Made by a program: the position numbers and the translations under genes | Notes under the pieces: model-generated | The model's database searches: none | What the model saw: only the letters and a program-made list of their open reading frames with translations | Told to the model about the DNA's origin: nothing | Shown here: in pieces, positions 51,401 through 64,000 of the stretch | Numbering within the stretch: position 1 is the first letter of the stretch | Layout: every line of letters starts with the position of its first letter | Source: Raillietiella orientalis | Taxonomy: Eukaryota | DNA: 64,000 nt | Direction: 5' to 3' | Assembly (NCBI GenBank): GCA_036172245.1 | Contig: JAYWIR010000015.1 | Span: 3,596,001-3,660,000 of the forward strand

Positions 51401-53281
51401 CCATGCTCGACGGTTTGGGAGGAATATGGTGGCAGGGCCCGCGGCTCCACGCGGGAGGTTCTCTGACGTCAACGGGATCAGAAGGGAGGAATTTCTCTGT
51501 GTGGATCCCCCGGGTGCTTCTCTACAGAACTCTAGGGAGAGCCTTCCAGGGAATCCGCTTCTCGAGGAAGAAGCGTTCCTTGAGCACGCCTCCTTCCTTG
51601 AGGAAAAAGGCCGAGACGCTTCAGGGACTTCAGGAAGCTTCTCGCAATTTCCAGGACTTTCCGGAGAAAAGAGTGAAGGTTTTCTTCTTCAGGGTTCCCA
51701 GGGAATAAGAGGATCCTGCCGTGAACTGCAAATGTTCATCCTGGGACGTCATGTCCCCAAGAGACATTGGAGCGGCTGTTCCGCCTTGCGCGCCTCAAGG
51801 AGGCACTGCTCGGGGAGAAGCTCCCTCCCTGGCCACGTGCGGCGTTGCTATCCTCCGGAGGCAACAGCCTGGATACCCGGTCCCTTCGATGATGCTTCTG
51901 GTCCCGCAGGCTGGGATAGGATCCCCTGTAACCGCTCGGCCCATCTTCTCCCACCCGCCCACTCCACTCCGCATCGTCAGTGTGTAGAGCAGTTTCTCCA
52001 TTTTCCAGCTTCCGAGGACCAAGATGAACGTCTCGCATCCCGATGCATCTTGCTCCCTCCTCCTACCTTTCTCAAGGAATCCTTTGCGTTCTGGATAATA
52101 AAGGACGTGCTACAGGACGAAAACCGGTATGAGGAGGGAGCGTTCAGCGTCTTCCTTGTTCCCCTTCCTGAGGATCGCTCCGACTGTTTCAGAGTTCCTC
52201 CGCAGCTTTCCAAAGTCCTCGCAGTCCCGCGTTCGCCCGTACCCGGAGCGTCCTTTTCTTAGAATCTGCTCCCGACACCGCTCTTCCTGAACCCACGCCC
52301 ACGAGTGCTTTTCCGCGCAGATTCCTGTCCTCGGCTAGCAAGCGCGAACCCTGTGAGAAGCGAACAGCCGCCAATGGGAGCCGCGAGGGCTCGCGGCAGC
52401 GACGGGATCGGCTGGTGCTTTGGAGACCCGGACCGCTCCGTAGGATGGAGGGCGCCGCTCCTGGTTGAGCGAGCGCGCCCTCGCGGGGCAGAAGCCAGGG
52501 GAGCAAGGAGTCCCGCTGCTACCGCCACAGCGGTCGAGGGAGGCAGACACGCGGCTCTTCAGTACTGGGAAAGGGAGACGCGCTTCCAGGTCCTCGCCTG
52601 CCGAGCAGCGGCGTGGGTGCTGCCATGCTCGGATGGAGGGGGAGGGTTACCATGGCGTGCCTGTGGCAGATGAAGGGAGGAAGAGAGAGGATGAGTTGCC
52701 GCGGACCGTTTCGAGGTACATCCGGGTGCGCCGACCAGCCGATCCGTTCAGGGCGCTGCCACCAGAGCGGGTGAGAGAGACATAGAAAGCCACGCTGCGG
52801 GAACAGTGCAGGAGACATCAGCGTTCATCCATTCTCCCCCTCCCCTCCTTCGAGTTGCTTTAAAGGGGGAAGACGAGCCGGAGGGGCAAGTGCGAGCAGC
52901 CCATATCTTCAGGGAAGGAATCTGCGACGGATAGAGCGCACGCGTCCTCGCAACGGCATCCTCTAGGCCGAGCATCGGAAATCGTGGCCGAGGGTCAAGG
53001 GTCGAAAAGTCGCCCTCGAAGTGTTCCCCCCCGATGGCGGCGGAGTCTGATCCTCCGCGAGATCCCGAGGGGAAGATTCGTGAGGCTGCGAGCGCGCCAC
53101 CCGGCAGAGGAGTGCCCGGGACGAAGGGGTCGACTGCCATTTTGTTTTTGCCTCCCGGAGGCGAGCCTTGCAGGCAGAGCCCCATCCGGCCCTGCACTCA
53201 CTGCATGGAAATCCGGGACATGGAGATGAAGGCGGCGAGGCAGACTGCGGAGATGCCGGGGAACCACGTCCATGGCGCCAT
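42410..53281 (-). CDS. pHCl-1: pH-sensitive chloride channel 1-like Cys-loop ligand-gated anion channel, 425 aa; exons 53281-53202, 49826-49741, 48127-48063, 47341-47124, 46656-46574, 46298-46152, 45435-45065, 42637-42410
   Basis: Eight GT-AG exons total 1278 nt in one frame. Signal peptide MAPWTWFPGISAVCLAAFISMSRISMQ; ILDSLLKEGYDKRILPP; VNVSLLLLSLSSPDESSLKYEIEF...WVDPRL; Cys-loop CQGDLRIFPFDFPLC; GEFSCLRVDLKFTRDRAFYFTTVFIPG; M2 NAVPARVMIGVTTILNFFTTSNG with the anion-selective PAR; M3 NLTAMNAWDGVC; M4 IAKSIDVISRVVFP. Confidence 0.93.
43040..43110 (+). mobile_element. Possible tRNA-derived SINE head in a pHCl intron
   Basis: A-box-like TGGCTGTGGT followed about 30 nt later by a B-box GGTTCGAACCC; no complete cloverleaf. 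Confidence 0.25.
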
Positions 53282-55849
53282 CTTCCATCACCTGGGCAAG
53301 AGAGAGGAACTTCACATACACCCGAGAGGACCGGAAAGGGGTGACGGGGAACGGGGAAGCGGGCGGGACGGACAAAGGGGATGGGAGCAGCCGCCTCCTT
53401 CTCTCGCCTCGTTCCGTCCCCGGACCCGCCAGCCGCTGCTCACATGGGGACGCCGTGCGAGACGCCTCAACAGGAGGGGAGCTCTCACTTCCCGCCCTTC
53501 CCCCTCCCCGTAAGCCGGGCCTCGCCTTCCCCTTCGCGTCGCGAAAGTTCTTCTGGTTCCCGGCGGGGCCTGTCCCTGAGCCTTCTCCTCCTGGTTCTCC
53601 CTCCAGACGATGAGACGGGAGAGCATGGGGTCCTTCGCATCGAGTGAAGCTGGGAGCTAGGGAATTTTTGCCGTGACCTAAGAAGGAAGGGGTAGGAGGA
53701 CTCCGAGATGGCAGGGAGAAAAAGGGTGAAGGATGCCGCGGGGGAACAAGGTCCAGGCAAAACTCTGCGGACGAGGAGGAAGCCACGTTGAGTTCTGGCT
53801 TCTTTCCTGCAGGAATGCATATTCCCTTCCGAAGGCCACAGATTGGGATCAGGAAGCAGGCGCAGAAGACCCACGTCGTCTGGATCCCAACCAAACCCTT
53901 CATGTTCAGAGGTCTCTTCCAGAGGGCCAAGTGACGCTCCCAAAGGTCGCATCGATCCTGGGATCGACCTCCTTCCCTACCTCCTTCCTTCCACCCCTTG
54001 TCATTTCCCGTTAACTGGACATCCTTTCTCTCTTCTCCGCCCCGCCAGACAGCGGACCCCAGGCAGCGCCCAAAGGCAGAGAGAGGAAGGAAAGCGTCCT
54101 GGGAACCCTTTCTGCAAGGGTGATGACTGAGCCACCACGGAGCAGGTAACTTTATAGAGCTAAGGCCAGGGTTGACAGGACACCACCTCCTTTCCGACTC
54201 CTGCCGGAAAGTCCATTTACTCCACGGGGTTGTCATGGTCCGGGACGGAGAGATCAGCTGGGAAAGGAAAAGGAGAAAAAGACGACGAGAAAGGAAACGC
54301 ATTAGGGATGCTCCCAGGGAAGACTGGGGGCTCGATCCGGTTTCCCACTCCCGCGTCTCGCGCGCGGGAGGTGTCGAGAAAGGTCCTTTGTGGTAACTCG
54401 AGGAGGGGCCTTCCATTTCCTCCAGGAGCCTCGCTAGGGACGAGGACGAGGATGTCGCAACCCGCACACCATTCTTTTTTCCTGTCCACCTTCCTCCTTG
54501 CCGATCGCCTCCGGGATGAATCTCAGGAGTCCTTTAATGCATGGAAGGCATTCCCCCATCCTCGTTCGGCTAAGCGGTCTCTCCTGGTCCTTCTGAGAAC
54601 GCGGAACTGAGCACCCGCTCTTCCTTTTGATTTTGACCCTTCAGGGATGACGTGAGCCTCCTGTGAATCGGGTCATTTTTCAGAGGTGGCTACCGCTGAC
54701 CGCTCCCTAGATCCCTGGGGTGGAAACCCTAGGCATCTAGTGAGCGTTGAGAGCATGTCAAGGAGCGTCAAGGACAGAGAGTCACGATGACAATCGGAAC
54801 TCGTGTTCCCGGGAGCTATGCGCGCGAGAGAACGCACGCTAAGAGACTGCATCCAGGAGGGTCATCCTGAATCCTAATCACCAGGAAAGCAAGTCTTGCC
54901 AAGTTCGGCTCCCTCGACTTGAACGTCGCGCGTGGGTCACTCTGAAAGATGGTGCGATTCTAGATGAGGTGGATGCTGCTGTAGAGAGCAAAAAGAGGAA
55001 CTCTCTGCCTTCGTTCTTGGAGCAAAAAGCGTTCACTTCTCATCCTACCGGGTCCTCCTCAAAACTGTCCGCTTTCTCCTCCATCCAGGAAAATGAAAAA
55101 GGCGCAATGGGAAGGGATGGAGAGGGTAGACCTGATTTCGAACCCGTTGCGTGGAGCAGGGATGGAGCCGTGAACTTGTTCGTGGGGGCACTGGAGGACT
55201 ATTTCTAGGAAGTTCACTCCGGAATTCTCCTCTCAGGACACAAGAAGCACCTGTACCACGGACGGAAGACGCCTTTCTGTGCCCCGAGGGCTTTCCGCAG
55301 GGAACGCCGTCCCAAGCTTGGTGCTGATCGCGAGGGAGGAACGCCACTACCGGCACCGGAAATCGGTACGGGAACGCGATACCCTCACCATCCGTGGGAA
55401 AGCTCCGATGGACATTTCCTCGGCTATGCCTTCCACACTCAGGCCGGGGGTGGTGGTTCAGGAAACGCCAGTCCTCAGAATCGCATGGTGTTCCTTAGAG
55501 CGGGGCTCCTGGTAAGGCGACTCGAGGAGGGGAGGAAGGAAAAAAGATAGGTCGGAGACAGCAGTCCCTCTTAGTCGGTTGAGGACCCTTCAAGGTCCCA
55601 CTGCAGACCGTGTTCTCCCTTAGTTCGATTTGCCTGTAGGTGTCTCGCCCTCTGCTGCTGCCGTTACGGGACAGGCCACGAGCGTCCGGGAGAGGCGTCG
55701 GCGGCACCCGGATCCCGGAGAAGAAGCGAAGTCTTTCCCGTAGGGAAGTTCCACTTAACACCCGCCTCACCTCTGCTCGCGTTGGGGGATATGTCCTGGT
55801 CCCATGGCCAACCCTCATCTCTGCGCCGACCGGTGGCTCAAGTTGTCGG

Positions 55850-58250
55850 ACTGCGACCAAGCGCGGAGGTCTCTTTCCTACGCAGCCGTTGCCAGGGGAA
55901 ACCGAGAGAAGTGGATGCTGAGGAGGGGGATTAGGGACAGAGAACACTTCCGCCTTTTCCTGCATCCTCTGGAGGAGCTCTTTGGGACACCCCAAGCTAA
56001 GCCGCCATCGAGGAGAGACCCTGGGAGTCAGAATAGGAGTCTCTGAATGACCTCGATGGCGGTGACACGTCTGTCCTTCCTCAGGAGGCGAACGAGAGCT
56101 TCCGGGTCCTCTCCAAACCCGGAGATGCTCGTTTTCCAAGAGACTACCGCTCCTTCATTCCCTGGGTCACGAAGGTGCTCACTGGAGCGTTTCCTCGCCT
56201 CAAGGATCCGCTTCCCATTCTCCCTTCGGAGGGAGCAAGGGAAGAAGGAGGAAGGAAGAAGGGAAGGGCGGAACCGTTTCTGACCTCCCGCACCTTTCGG
56301 TTGCACGTCGATTCGTATTCAGAAGGAAAGCCACCGTTGTTGAGTTTCTCAACCAAAAAAGGAAGGTCGAGAGGAAGGGAGGAGGAGGAGAGCAAGCGGT
56401 CACTCCAGAAGGAGAGGTCAAGTGACTTGCTAGGCAAGAGGAGTGCAGTGAGGTTTCAGAGCAAGCAGCGCCTGATTTCGGGACAGACGTGCTAAAGCCA
56501 GAACTATCCTGGAGAGATCCGTTCCTTTCTCCTCTCCCCATCCCTTTGCTCCGGAAAGCGTCAGTTCTTTCGATTCCAGGACTGTATCCCTTGTTCTTTC
56601 TCGAGGGGAGCCCGTTCTCCTCTCCGTTCGACCCTTCGTGCCTTCTGCTGTTCCGGAGAGCCGGCGTCGATGCACCCTAGATGGAGGGAGAAAAGATGCC
56701 GTTCTTTCGCCCCTCCCTTGAGCCAGGGGCACTCGGGCTGCTGTGGAGCTCGAAGGAATCTCCCCCTGGCAGCTCGAGCCGGAACGCAAAGAGTCTTCGG
56801 ACCTGGTTTCTCAGGTTTTCTGGAGAGAAGCAGACTTCAGTCGCAACCTCGAGGCCATCAAGGTGTACTCCGGGAGCGCTGCCAGTAGCTTTCGGCTTCC
56901 CTGGAAGCTCCTTCCTGGCATAAGAGAAGATGGTGAAGCGCTCCTCCGCTTTTCCGAAAGGAGTTGGATCCAGAGAAAAGAAGGGCTTGAAAGATGCTGG
57001 ATGAGGGGGAGGCTTCGCTGTTCCCTCGTCGTTGGGGTGAAACGTCCTCGTACCGGAGGGACGCTGTTTCCCTGGGTCAGTTCCCCTTTCGTCCTCACTC
57101 GGATCTTCAGAGGAGGGAAACTCGCGGAAGTGGGGCCGAGATCGCGGCGACGAGATGCTGGGGGAGGGATGGGGGTCTCCTCCAAGGGACAGCCGTGCGG
57201 ATCCTCAGGGAGGTCACGCGCTCGTTCCTCTAGGATCTCAGCATAGCTCCTGGGGAAACATGCCTTGCCTAACCCACGTTTCCCCACGTCTCTTTTTCTT
57301 AGAAGGAGCGATCACTGGCATGTCTCCGGGCAAAAAAGGAACGCTCAGGGATGTACTCTTGGGAAGCTTGGAAAGCCCGAGAGGGCTGGGTTCAGGAGAA
57401 GAGGAGTGTCCCTTTCAGGAAGCATGAGCGCCTGCATCCGTAGAAGATACTGCCTTTCCCGTTTCAGCGTGAAGAGAGAGGGGGACATCTTCTCCCCTCT
57501 CCGAGTTTGCTGCTAGGGAACCACCGAGGTACCTTTTCGTTCTCGACACCCTCTTTCATCTGCTTCTCATGAGAGCCTCGCGGAGGAACTCTGAACTCCG
57601 GAATACAGTGGTCTGCTCCAGGCTCCGAGCACGATGAGAATCGGGAAGCAACGCAAAGAAAGTACCTCCGGAAAGGAAGTGGTGGCACTCCACCCGAGAA
57701 GACCAGAAAGTCGAAAGGGATGGGACGCTTGTCGGCGTAAGCGGTGGGCAGAGCGACTTGAAGCCGAGCGCTCTCTGAGAGACGCAGCACGAAGATGCCT
57801 GCTCAGCATGTGGTGCGTCACTGCACCGAAACCACCCACAGGGGTAAGCCGCGGGCCATCGCGAAGCTTCTCAGCCACCCAGTGGGTCCGAAACCGATGG
57901 GGGAACTGTCCCCTCTCCCCTTGGCATGTGACTCGCTTCATCCCAAGTCCACGCTGCGTATATGGCGGCAGCAGCCCAGAGTGTTCAGCCAGCGATTCCG
58001 CCCAACTAACGCTTGGAGCGAAGCAGCAACGCAGGCGAAGCTTCAGGGACAGCAGGAACAGGAGAGGGTGGACTTCGATGGAGGACGAAGTAGATCCGCT
58101 CATGAGCCAGGTGGATGGGACGAATGCCCTCAAAAGGCGAGGTGCTGCCTCCTCCTTCCTGCCTCCCTTCAGCTCTCGGATCGTTCCGGTCCTCTTGCAA
58201 GGATGATCATCCTCGGGATCGTTGCTTCGGGCGGGGACGTGTCTTCCTTT
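55850..58250 (+). mobile_element. Decayed LINE remnant (ORF1-like start and eroded endonuclease/RT)
   Basis: RRSLSYAAVARG (~55865) echoes RPSFSYAAVAAG in the ORF1 at 17.06 kb. Downstream stop-riddled frames have weak APE/RT-like patches (DGEALLRFSER; QRRRSFRDSR). Confidence 0.3.
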
Positions 58251-59395
58251 TGGTTCTCCCCCTTCTCCCGAAGAAGGGATCCCGGGAATGTTTCGGAACG
58301 TCCCTTCTCTAGCGGCGATGCCTCCGCTTTTATTACAAATCGATAGTCGCACTGCTAGCTTTTATGATGCCACATGACTCGTTTCCATAGAATCTGAAAG
58401 CCGAATGCTGGTCCCATCTTCCCCAAAGATTCTTGCTCGGAGTCGTTGCAGCACCATGGCAACCGTAGAATGAGAGGCGAGGATCGTTCGATTCCCTAGG
58501 ACGCATTTCGATCCTGAAAGGGGGACGGGGGGCTCACGTCCACGTGATTATTTCTTAGATCCCCTTCCTTCCGGAGAACGGCCTCCTTGTCCACGGAGTC
58601 TGACACCCGCCCTCCTCCTCACCCTGAACCAACGTAGAGCTGCCGAACTGCTTTTCGAAAACTTGCCGTGACATTCCTCCTGGTTGCAGCTGACACTCTC
58701 TCTCTTACTTGACCATCCGCCTGCCTCGTGACGGGGGCCCTCCGACGTCATGGATTTCTGCATCCATGCATCATTCCGCTCCTAATCAGCTCGGCTTTCA
58801 GCGTCCATGGACCTCGAGTTCGTTAGCTCCCTCCAGAGCCGTGTAGGCACGGAAAGACCTCGCGTGCCCGGGATCCCTACGCCTGGGCGTGCCGCGGAAA
58901 TTCTGCTTCCTCTTCTCGCGCCCCCTCTTCCTTTGTCGCTCTCCATTCGGATCGGCCGCGCGCAAGATCTACGCAACCCCGTCCCTCACTGTTTGACACG
59001 GCGATTCTTCTGGCTCACATCGATTGGCAAGATTTCCTGATGGACGTCTCGCCTCCGATGGCTGGCGGCACATCTCCCGCGCGATCGGCTGCTGTCGGGC
59101 CTCCCTTCCGCGCGATCGATGACGCCACAACAATTTTTCACTTGGCGCGCGCTGCCAGGAGCGCGCGCGCCTGCCCCGGAGTCCCCAGCGGGAATCCCAC
59201 AGCGAAAACACGGGATCGTGTCACATGCACACGGATGCAAGAGATACCTGGCTCGTCCGCCGCATACGCAAAGGCTCTCTGAAAGGGAATACGGAGCACC
59301 CGATTTATCCACCAGGAGTGCGGGGTATTCATAGCCTTCTGCCGGCGATGGTGCGCACACGGCTCGTGGATTATTAATAGCCTGAGCACGAGGCT

Positions 59396-59556
59396 TTTTA
59401 TAGCACTTGTTAGCAGCCGTTACGCCGCTTCTTTGAGCTCCCAGCTGCGCCAATACATCCGCTCTCAGTCATTAACAATCCAAGCAATCGGCAGTAGGCG
59501 CCCAACAACAATGAGAATTGAGCAACAGTGTCCGTCCGCTAACAATGGGATGCACG
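59396..59556. promoter_or_regulatory. Candidate divergent core promoter: minus-strand TATA box plus a plus-strand initiator and short first coding exon
   Basis: TATAAAA on the minus strand at 59402-59396. Arthropod Inr TCAGT at 59465-59469. CAACAACAATG start at 59511 encoding MRIEQQCPSANNGMH, ending at donor G|gtaaca (59556). The patch is locally AT-richer than its surroundings. Confidence 0.3.
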
Positions 59557-62500
59557 GTAACAGTGCGTACTTCCGTCTCACTAATTCTCTAGCCGATCGA
59601 TCTAGAAGAACCAATACATTTCGAAGGCGAGTGGGAAACGCTTGCGTGATTTGAACATCCACGAAAGGATTGGCATGGGATGCAAGGAAGGCGGGCAGAG
59701 ATGGAAACCAAGAGGACCTCTTTAGCCTTTCCAATAACTCCCAAAGCATCCACACCTGCCCGTTTTTGCTGCCGTCTCCCATCCTTGGTCTCCAAAGCTA
59801 ATCACCTTTCGCTTGAGTCCCCTGCCAGGAACTCTTAGACTTATCTCTGGCAGACAGTCTCACGGAATTTTTCTTAATGGACAGGAAGAACCTCCGTATC
59901 TCTGACTACAGGCCTCTAACCTCAGATCTCAGGCTCACGAGATGCTTCCGGAAGAACGCTCACCTAAGGATCGCCTGTTCCCTGTCGCTGAGGCATGAGC
60001 GTGACCTGCCATACATCCCCCCTTTATGACAATCTAGTCCTGCTGTTTGCCTCCTTTTTTGGCATCATCAGGGGAGAACGCAAATCCTCGAAGAGTGCGG
60101 GAGGGTTCGAACTCTTGCAGGATGCCGAGTCTCGTCGTTTTCTGAGGGGGGGGGGGGGGAAAGGGGAGCATTCGCCGGCTTGCCGTGGGGCAAAAAATCC
60201 TCCTCCGCTTACCACTCCAGTTCTCAAAGAAGCATTTCAAGAGGAAGACGAGGAGGGTCCGTGCCCACCTCCAGGAAGTTTCCCCGAAACCGGAAATAAA
60301 GATGCAGCGAATGGGTCAGCTGAGTCGCTCACAAGAGGGTCCGCCACCACGGCGCTTCACGGCTCCATATCTCGGTTCCCCGAGCACTTGTGCCTACCTC
60401 GCGTAGCCCACCTCGGTCTGCACCCCCTGCACGCCAACCCACAAGATGCCACTGCGCTCTTCTTGCGGGTGAAGAAAAACGTGATGGACCGAGAAAGGCA
60501 GCTCATTCTGAGGAATCCTTCTGTCCTGAAGGGCATCACGCCCTCAGGATGACCGGAAAGGTCTTTCTATGTGAGCCCTGTGGTCCCGCCTTTCGTTAAA
60601 TCCGGGCGCGTTTTCGAGCTCCATACCCGCCTTCCCACGTTTTCTTCATCTCAGAGATCTCCAGAATTCCATCTTAGCGCTCCGGAAGCAAAGTAGGGAT
60701 TTCGCGTCCGAGTTGGAGAGTAGCGGCTTCCCTACCCCGACTCTGTCACAAGCACGCTTGGTCTCTTTATCTCAAGTTCGGAGACTGTTGTTCAGTGACC
60801 TCTTTCGGCGCTCTGTGGTCCCTGACGTTGGGTGCCATCATGACCAGAAGTCATCTCTTCTCTCCCTACTTCCCTGCCTCTGTTTCGTCGGAAGAAGAGT
60901 TGCTGACATGAAGTTCTCGGGTCGAATGGTAGGAGTCTGGGCTGGGAGGGAGATGCGCGGCCGGATGTGATCAGGAGACAGCTATCTGGGTCCGACGCAC
61001 AGGCACGAGCTGACCTTGGGTCTCCTTCCCCTCCTTTCCTAACTGCATTCCTCACGAGGGACCAGGTCTCCCGGTTCCAAGCTCCCCAAGACTCCTCGGG
61101 GGGTCTCTTCTTACTGAAATCCGTCGAGGATGACCTTCCTAAAGATGGCCCTCAGAGGAGGGGCGAGCACGTAGAGTGGGTGGGAGAAATAACTAAATCA
61201 CGGAATGAACGGGAACGCGGAAGTGTGGAAAGGAAGGGACGGCCCCATCCATTCAGGAGGGAAAAGATCTCAGGAGACAATTCTCTCGGAATCAGCAGCT
61301 GTCGGACAGGGGAAGAACGCCCTGCAGCAAGGCAAGAGTAACAGAGGTTTCAACAGCATCGCCAGCACGAAAAAAGGAGCCAAGTCCTTGACAGAATTAG
61401 GGAGAGACCTCGCCTCCGAGACTCTCATCCCGAAAGAGCTCTGAGTCAAGGAAGACGAGGGAAGGAGGAAGAGGTCTCCACCGGGAGAGAGAGGATTCCG
61501 AGATGCTTCAGGCTGGTCAGATCAATCGGTGATGATCAAAAGTGGTGTTGGTGTTGGTGATGGAGGGGTCTGGTTTGAGAGAGGAAGGGCACGCGGAGAG
61601 AAGGGTGCACTGCCATCGTTCCAAAGAGGGAATCCCCCGTGGAGACCACGGAATCGAGTGGTGGGGAAGAAGGTGGGAGATGCAAACTGCGACGGCGATC
61701 CTACGGCATCGCTTCTCGCGAACAGGGGACGGAGGAAACGCCCGCCATCCTTCCCTGCGATGTGAGCGACGGGCTGCGGGCGTTTCCACGGAAACGAGGG
61801 TTCCCTGATCGAACCAACTATTAGGGAGCGCTGGAGGCAGCGGAACTCCGCTCCCGCTCAACGGACACCACCCTTCCCACCCGACGGCGGCGCCGATGCA
61901 CGGAGCTTCCCGGAAGGGATTTGTTCTCCCCCTCTCGTTCCAAGGGACTCACCTGTTCATCTTCCCCGGAGACGTACGGCAAGGGAGAGACGCAGTATTC
62001 GGAAGCACTTCTTTCAGGACTCTCCCGACCTCTCCTGGAAAGCTGCAGCGGGAACGTTTGCGCGGTATACTGACGTCCTGCCAATGCGTCCTTCGCTCCT
62101 TCTCCCCAGCCCATAGGACGCAGGCGCGAGTGTCGGAGCGCGCACTTTCGCGACGGGCATGCCTTCAGAGAGCCGTCCGCGAGGACGGCGCGGGACTCCG
62201 CCGCCGCGGGCGCACTTTAGAGGAGCCCTGCACCTCCATTGGGGCACTCCGCGGGAGGAATCGGCGGTCACGAATCTTCCGACCGTGACCAGACGGGACT
62301 CCTGTAACGAAAGGACTTCTGGACTCACTGGAAGAAAGGGGAGAGAGAGGAGAGGAGGTAGGAAGCAAGCAACCGAGAGAGGAGTGGCTCCCTGCTTCCT
62401 TCTGATGCGCTGAGGCACTTCTCAGCTCTCCTGGGCATGGGAAGCGGAAAGCAGGACGATTCCTCTTCCTCCATCTCCTGTTCACGGCTTATTTCAGAGG

Positions 62501-64000
62501 GGAAAGGGGAGACGGAGGGAGCTGAGTGTGGCCTCCTGCTCCGTGCTGGTCGGACTGCGCAACTGAAGCGCAGGTTCGGAGATCTTCCTTAGACGAATGC
62601 CGCTCTTCCCAGTCCTCTTCCATCCCTCTTCCGCCCCATCTCCTCCCCCCCTTCTTTTCGAACCACGGTGGCTGCTTCGGGCGCGCTCGCCTTCAAGTGG
62701 TCGCTCCCTCCGTGCATGAATCTCTCAGCTTCTTTTCATCCAGACTCTGCCGCATTCACCCGAGACTCTTCCTTCCCCTCCCTCCTGTTTTCTTCCCTCT
62801 CTTCCAGAATGCCATTTTTTTTTGGCACTTCGGAAGAGGGCGTCTGGATGGAAAGAAGCCAGGAGATGAGAGGAGGCTGGAAGCGACGGATCTTGAAGGA
62901 ATTTTTCCCTCTTCGGCCGGACCTGGTGGCGCTTCGTGGCCTCCTGTCGAAAATCGCAAGATGATCTTGCCCGGATCCTGTTTCCATGTGAACTCATCCG
63001 GAACTCTTGCAGTGCCGAAACAGCATCGCATGCATCTCGGGGATCATCTCGCAAAGACATCGGAGTGAATCGGGTGGAAATGATGGCAGCCGCGCACCTT
63101 ACACGGAACCGGAAACTGCGTTGGAGCGGGCCAGTCAGGGAAGGAGAGATGCCAGAGGGTGGTGGTGAAGTACCGCGGACGCGAAGAAGCGCGCCAACTG
63201 TGGTTTCGCAGTCTGTTTCAGCTTTCGCCAACTGACCAGAGAAGAGTGACCTCTGGACTGTCCCAGAAAGGGTAGGATCGCTGGCTGCACAAAGAAGGAA
63301 GACAAGTTGTCCTGGATTAGCAGATGAAGGATGGAGGGATCAGTCGTAGAAAAAAGGTAAATTCAGGTTGTTCGCTGGGTCGGTGTCAGTCCCTGGCATC
63401 TCTCCTGGAGTCATCTTCAGATGCTGTACTGCAACAGCACCATCGACTCAAGCAAATTCCGAAGTGGAAGCTGCAAGAGTGCTGCTATGCCCCCAGAAAT
63501 TCCCGGAAGAGAAGCAGCATAACTTCGAAACCGTGGCATACGAAGCAGAAGTTGCAGATCGAAGTTCGGCCTCCATGGACGACATCAGTAAAGGAAGGAA
63601 GGAGATAAAACTCCGACGACGTGACCCCCTTGTTTCTGAAATGTAAGGGGAGGAGTCCCAGCGAAAAAGGAACTTAAGAGGAAGAGGGTTCCGAAATGTA
63701 GTCTCATGAACAAGTCTCGGATGAACAAGCCAGGCTCCGGGCTTGGTTAGGTTCCCCATGGAAGAAGGACACTCCCTCATTTCGGGATTCGGTCGCGTTT
63801 TAATTTCGATAAGACTCCCGGGGGAGCACGCTTCTGTGCTATGGTGATGGAATTGAGGACGCCTCCTAGGGTAGAGAGTCTCCACGGAAAGCGGTTTTGT
63901 TTGCCCGGGAAACTCTGGCATCATCTTCCGCTAGGCTGGCGGCTCCTCTCTGCTCAAACTCCCTGCGGCACGAAGACCGTCGAGTGGACAAAGGCAATCC

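Noticed and set aside
53760..53903. MKGLVGIQTTWVFCACFLIPICG as the pHCl signal peptide
   Set aside because: No good phase-2 donor. The 53281-53202 exon has a strong acceptor, a gtgagt donor and the correct phase.
46556..63924. Many long overlapping ORFs (e.g. 52995-54467, 46556-47821, 50917-51708)
   Set aside because: Low-complexity R/S/P/G-rich translations expected from GC-rich non-coding DNA; only the embedded pHCl exons are credible.

Overview
Eukaryotic, almost certainly arthropod, genomic DNA: GT-AG introns are present and there is a clear pHCl-1-type Cys-loop channel. Five host protein genes can be reconstructed by hand: the 3' part of ETFA (+), a 6-exon MDH1B-like gene (-), MZT1/MOZART1 (-, missed by the ORF track) followed 1 nt after its stop by an intronless PSMD9 (-), and an 8-exon pH-sensitive chloride channel (-). 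The 12-30 kb interval is rich in mobile-element debris. It contains a complete U5 snRNA gene, then a near-full-length but frameshifted L1/Tx1-type LINE, then the 3' three-quarters of a second, different U5 gene. It also holds a decayed ~2.6 kb sequence resembling the N-terminal half of a Bunyavirales L protein ending at a perfect palindrome, and an RLE-type (NeSL/Utopia-like) remnant. Composition shifts from AT-rich to GC-rich at about 36.7 kb, and most long ORFs beyond that point are spurious. The strongest candidates for something new are a U5-associated LINE whose insertion appears to leave an intact U5 upstream, and a putative bicistronic MZT1-PSMD9 transcription unit. Protein identifications rest on remembered family motifs; no database search was run.
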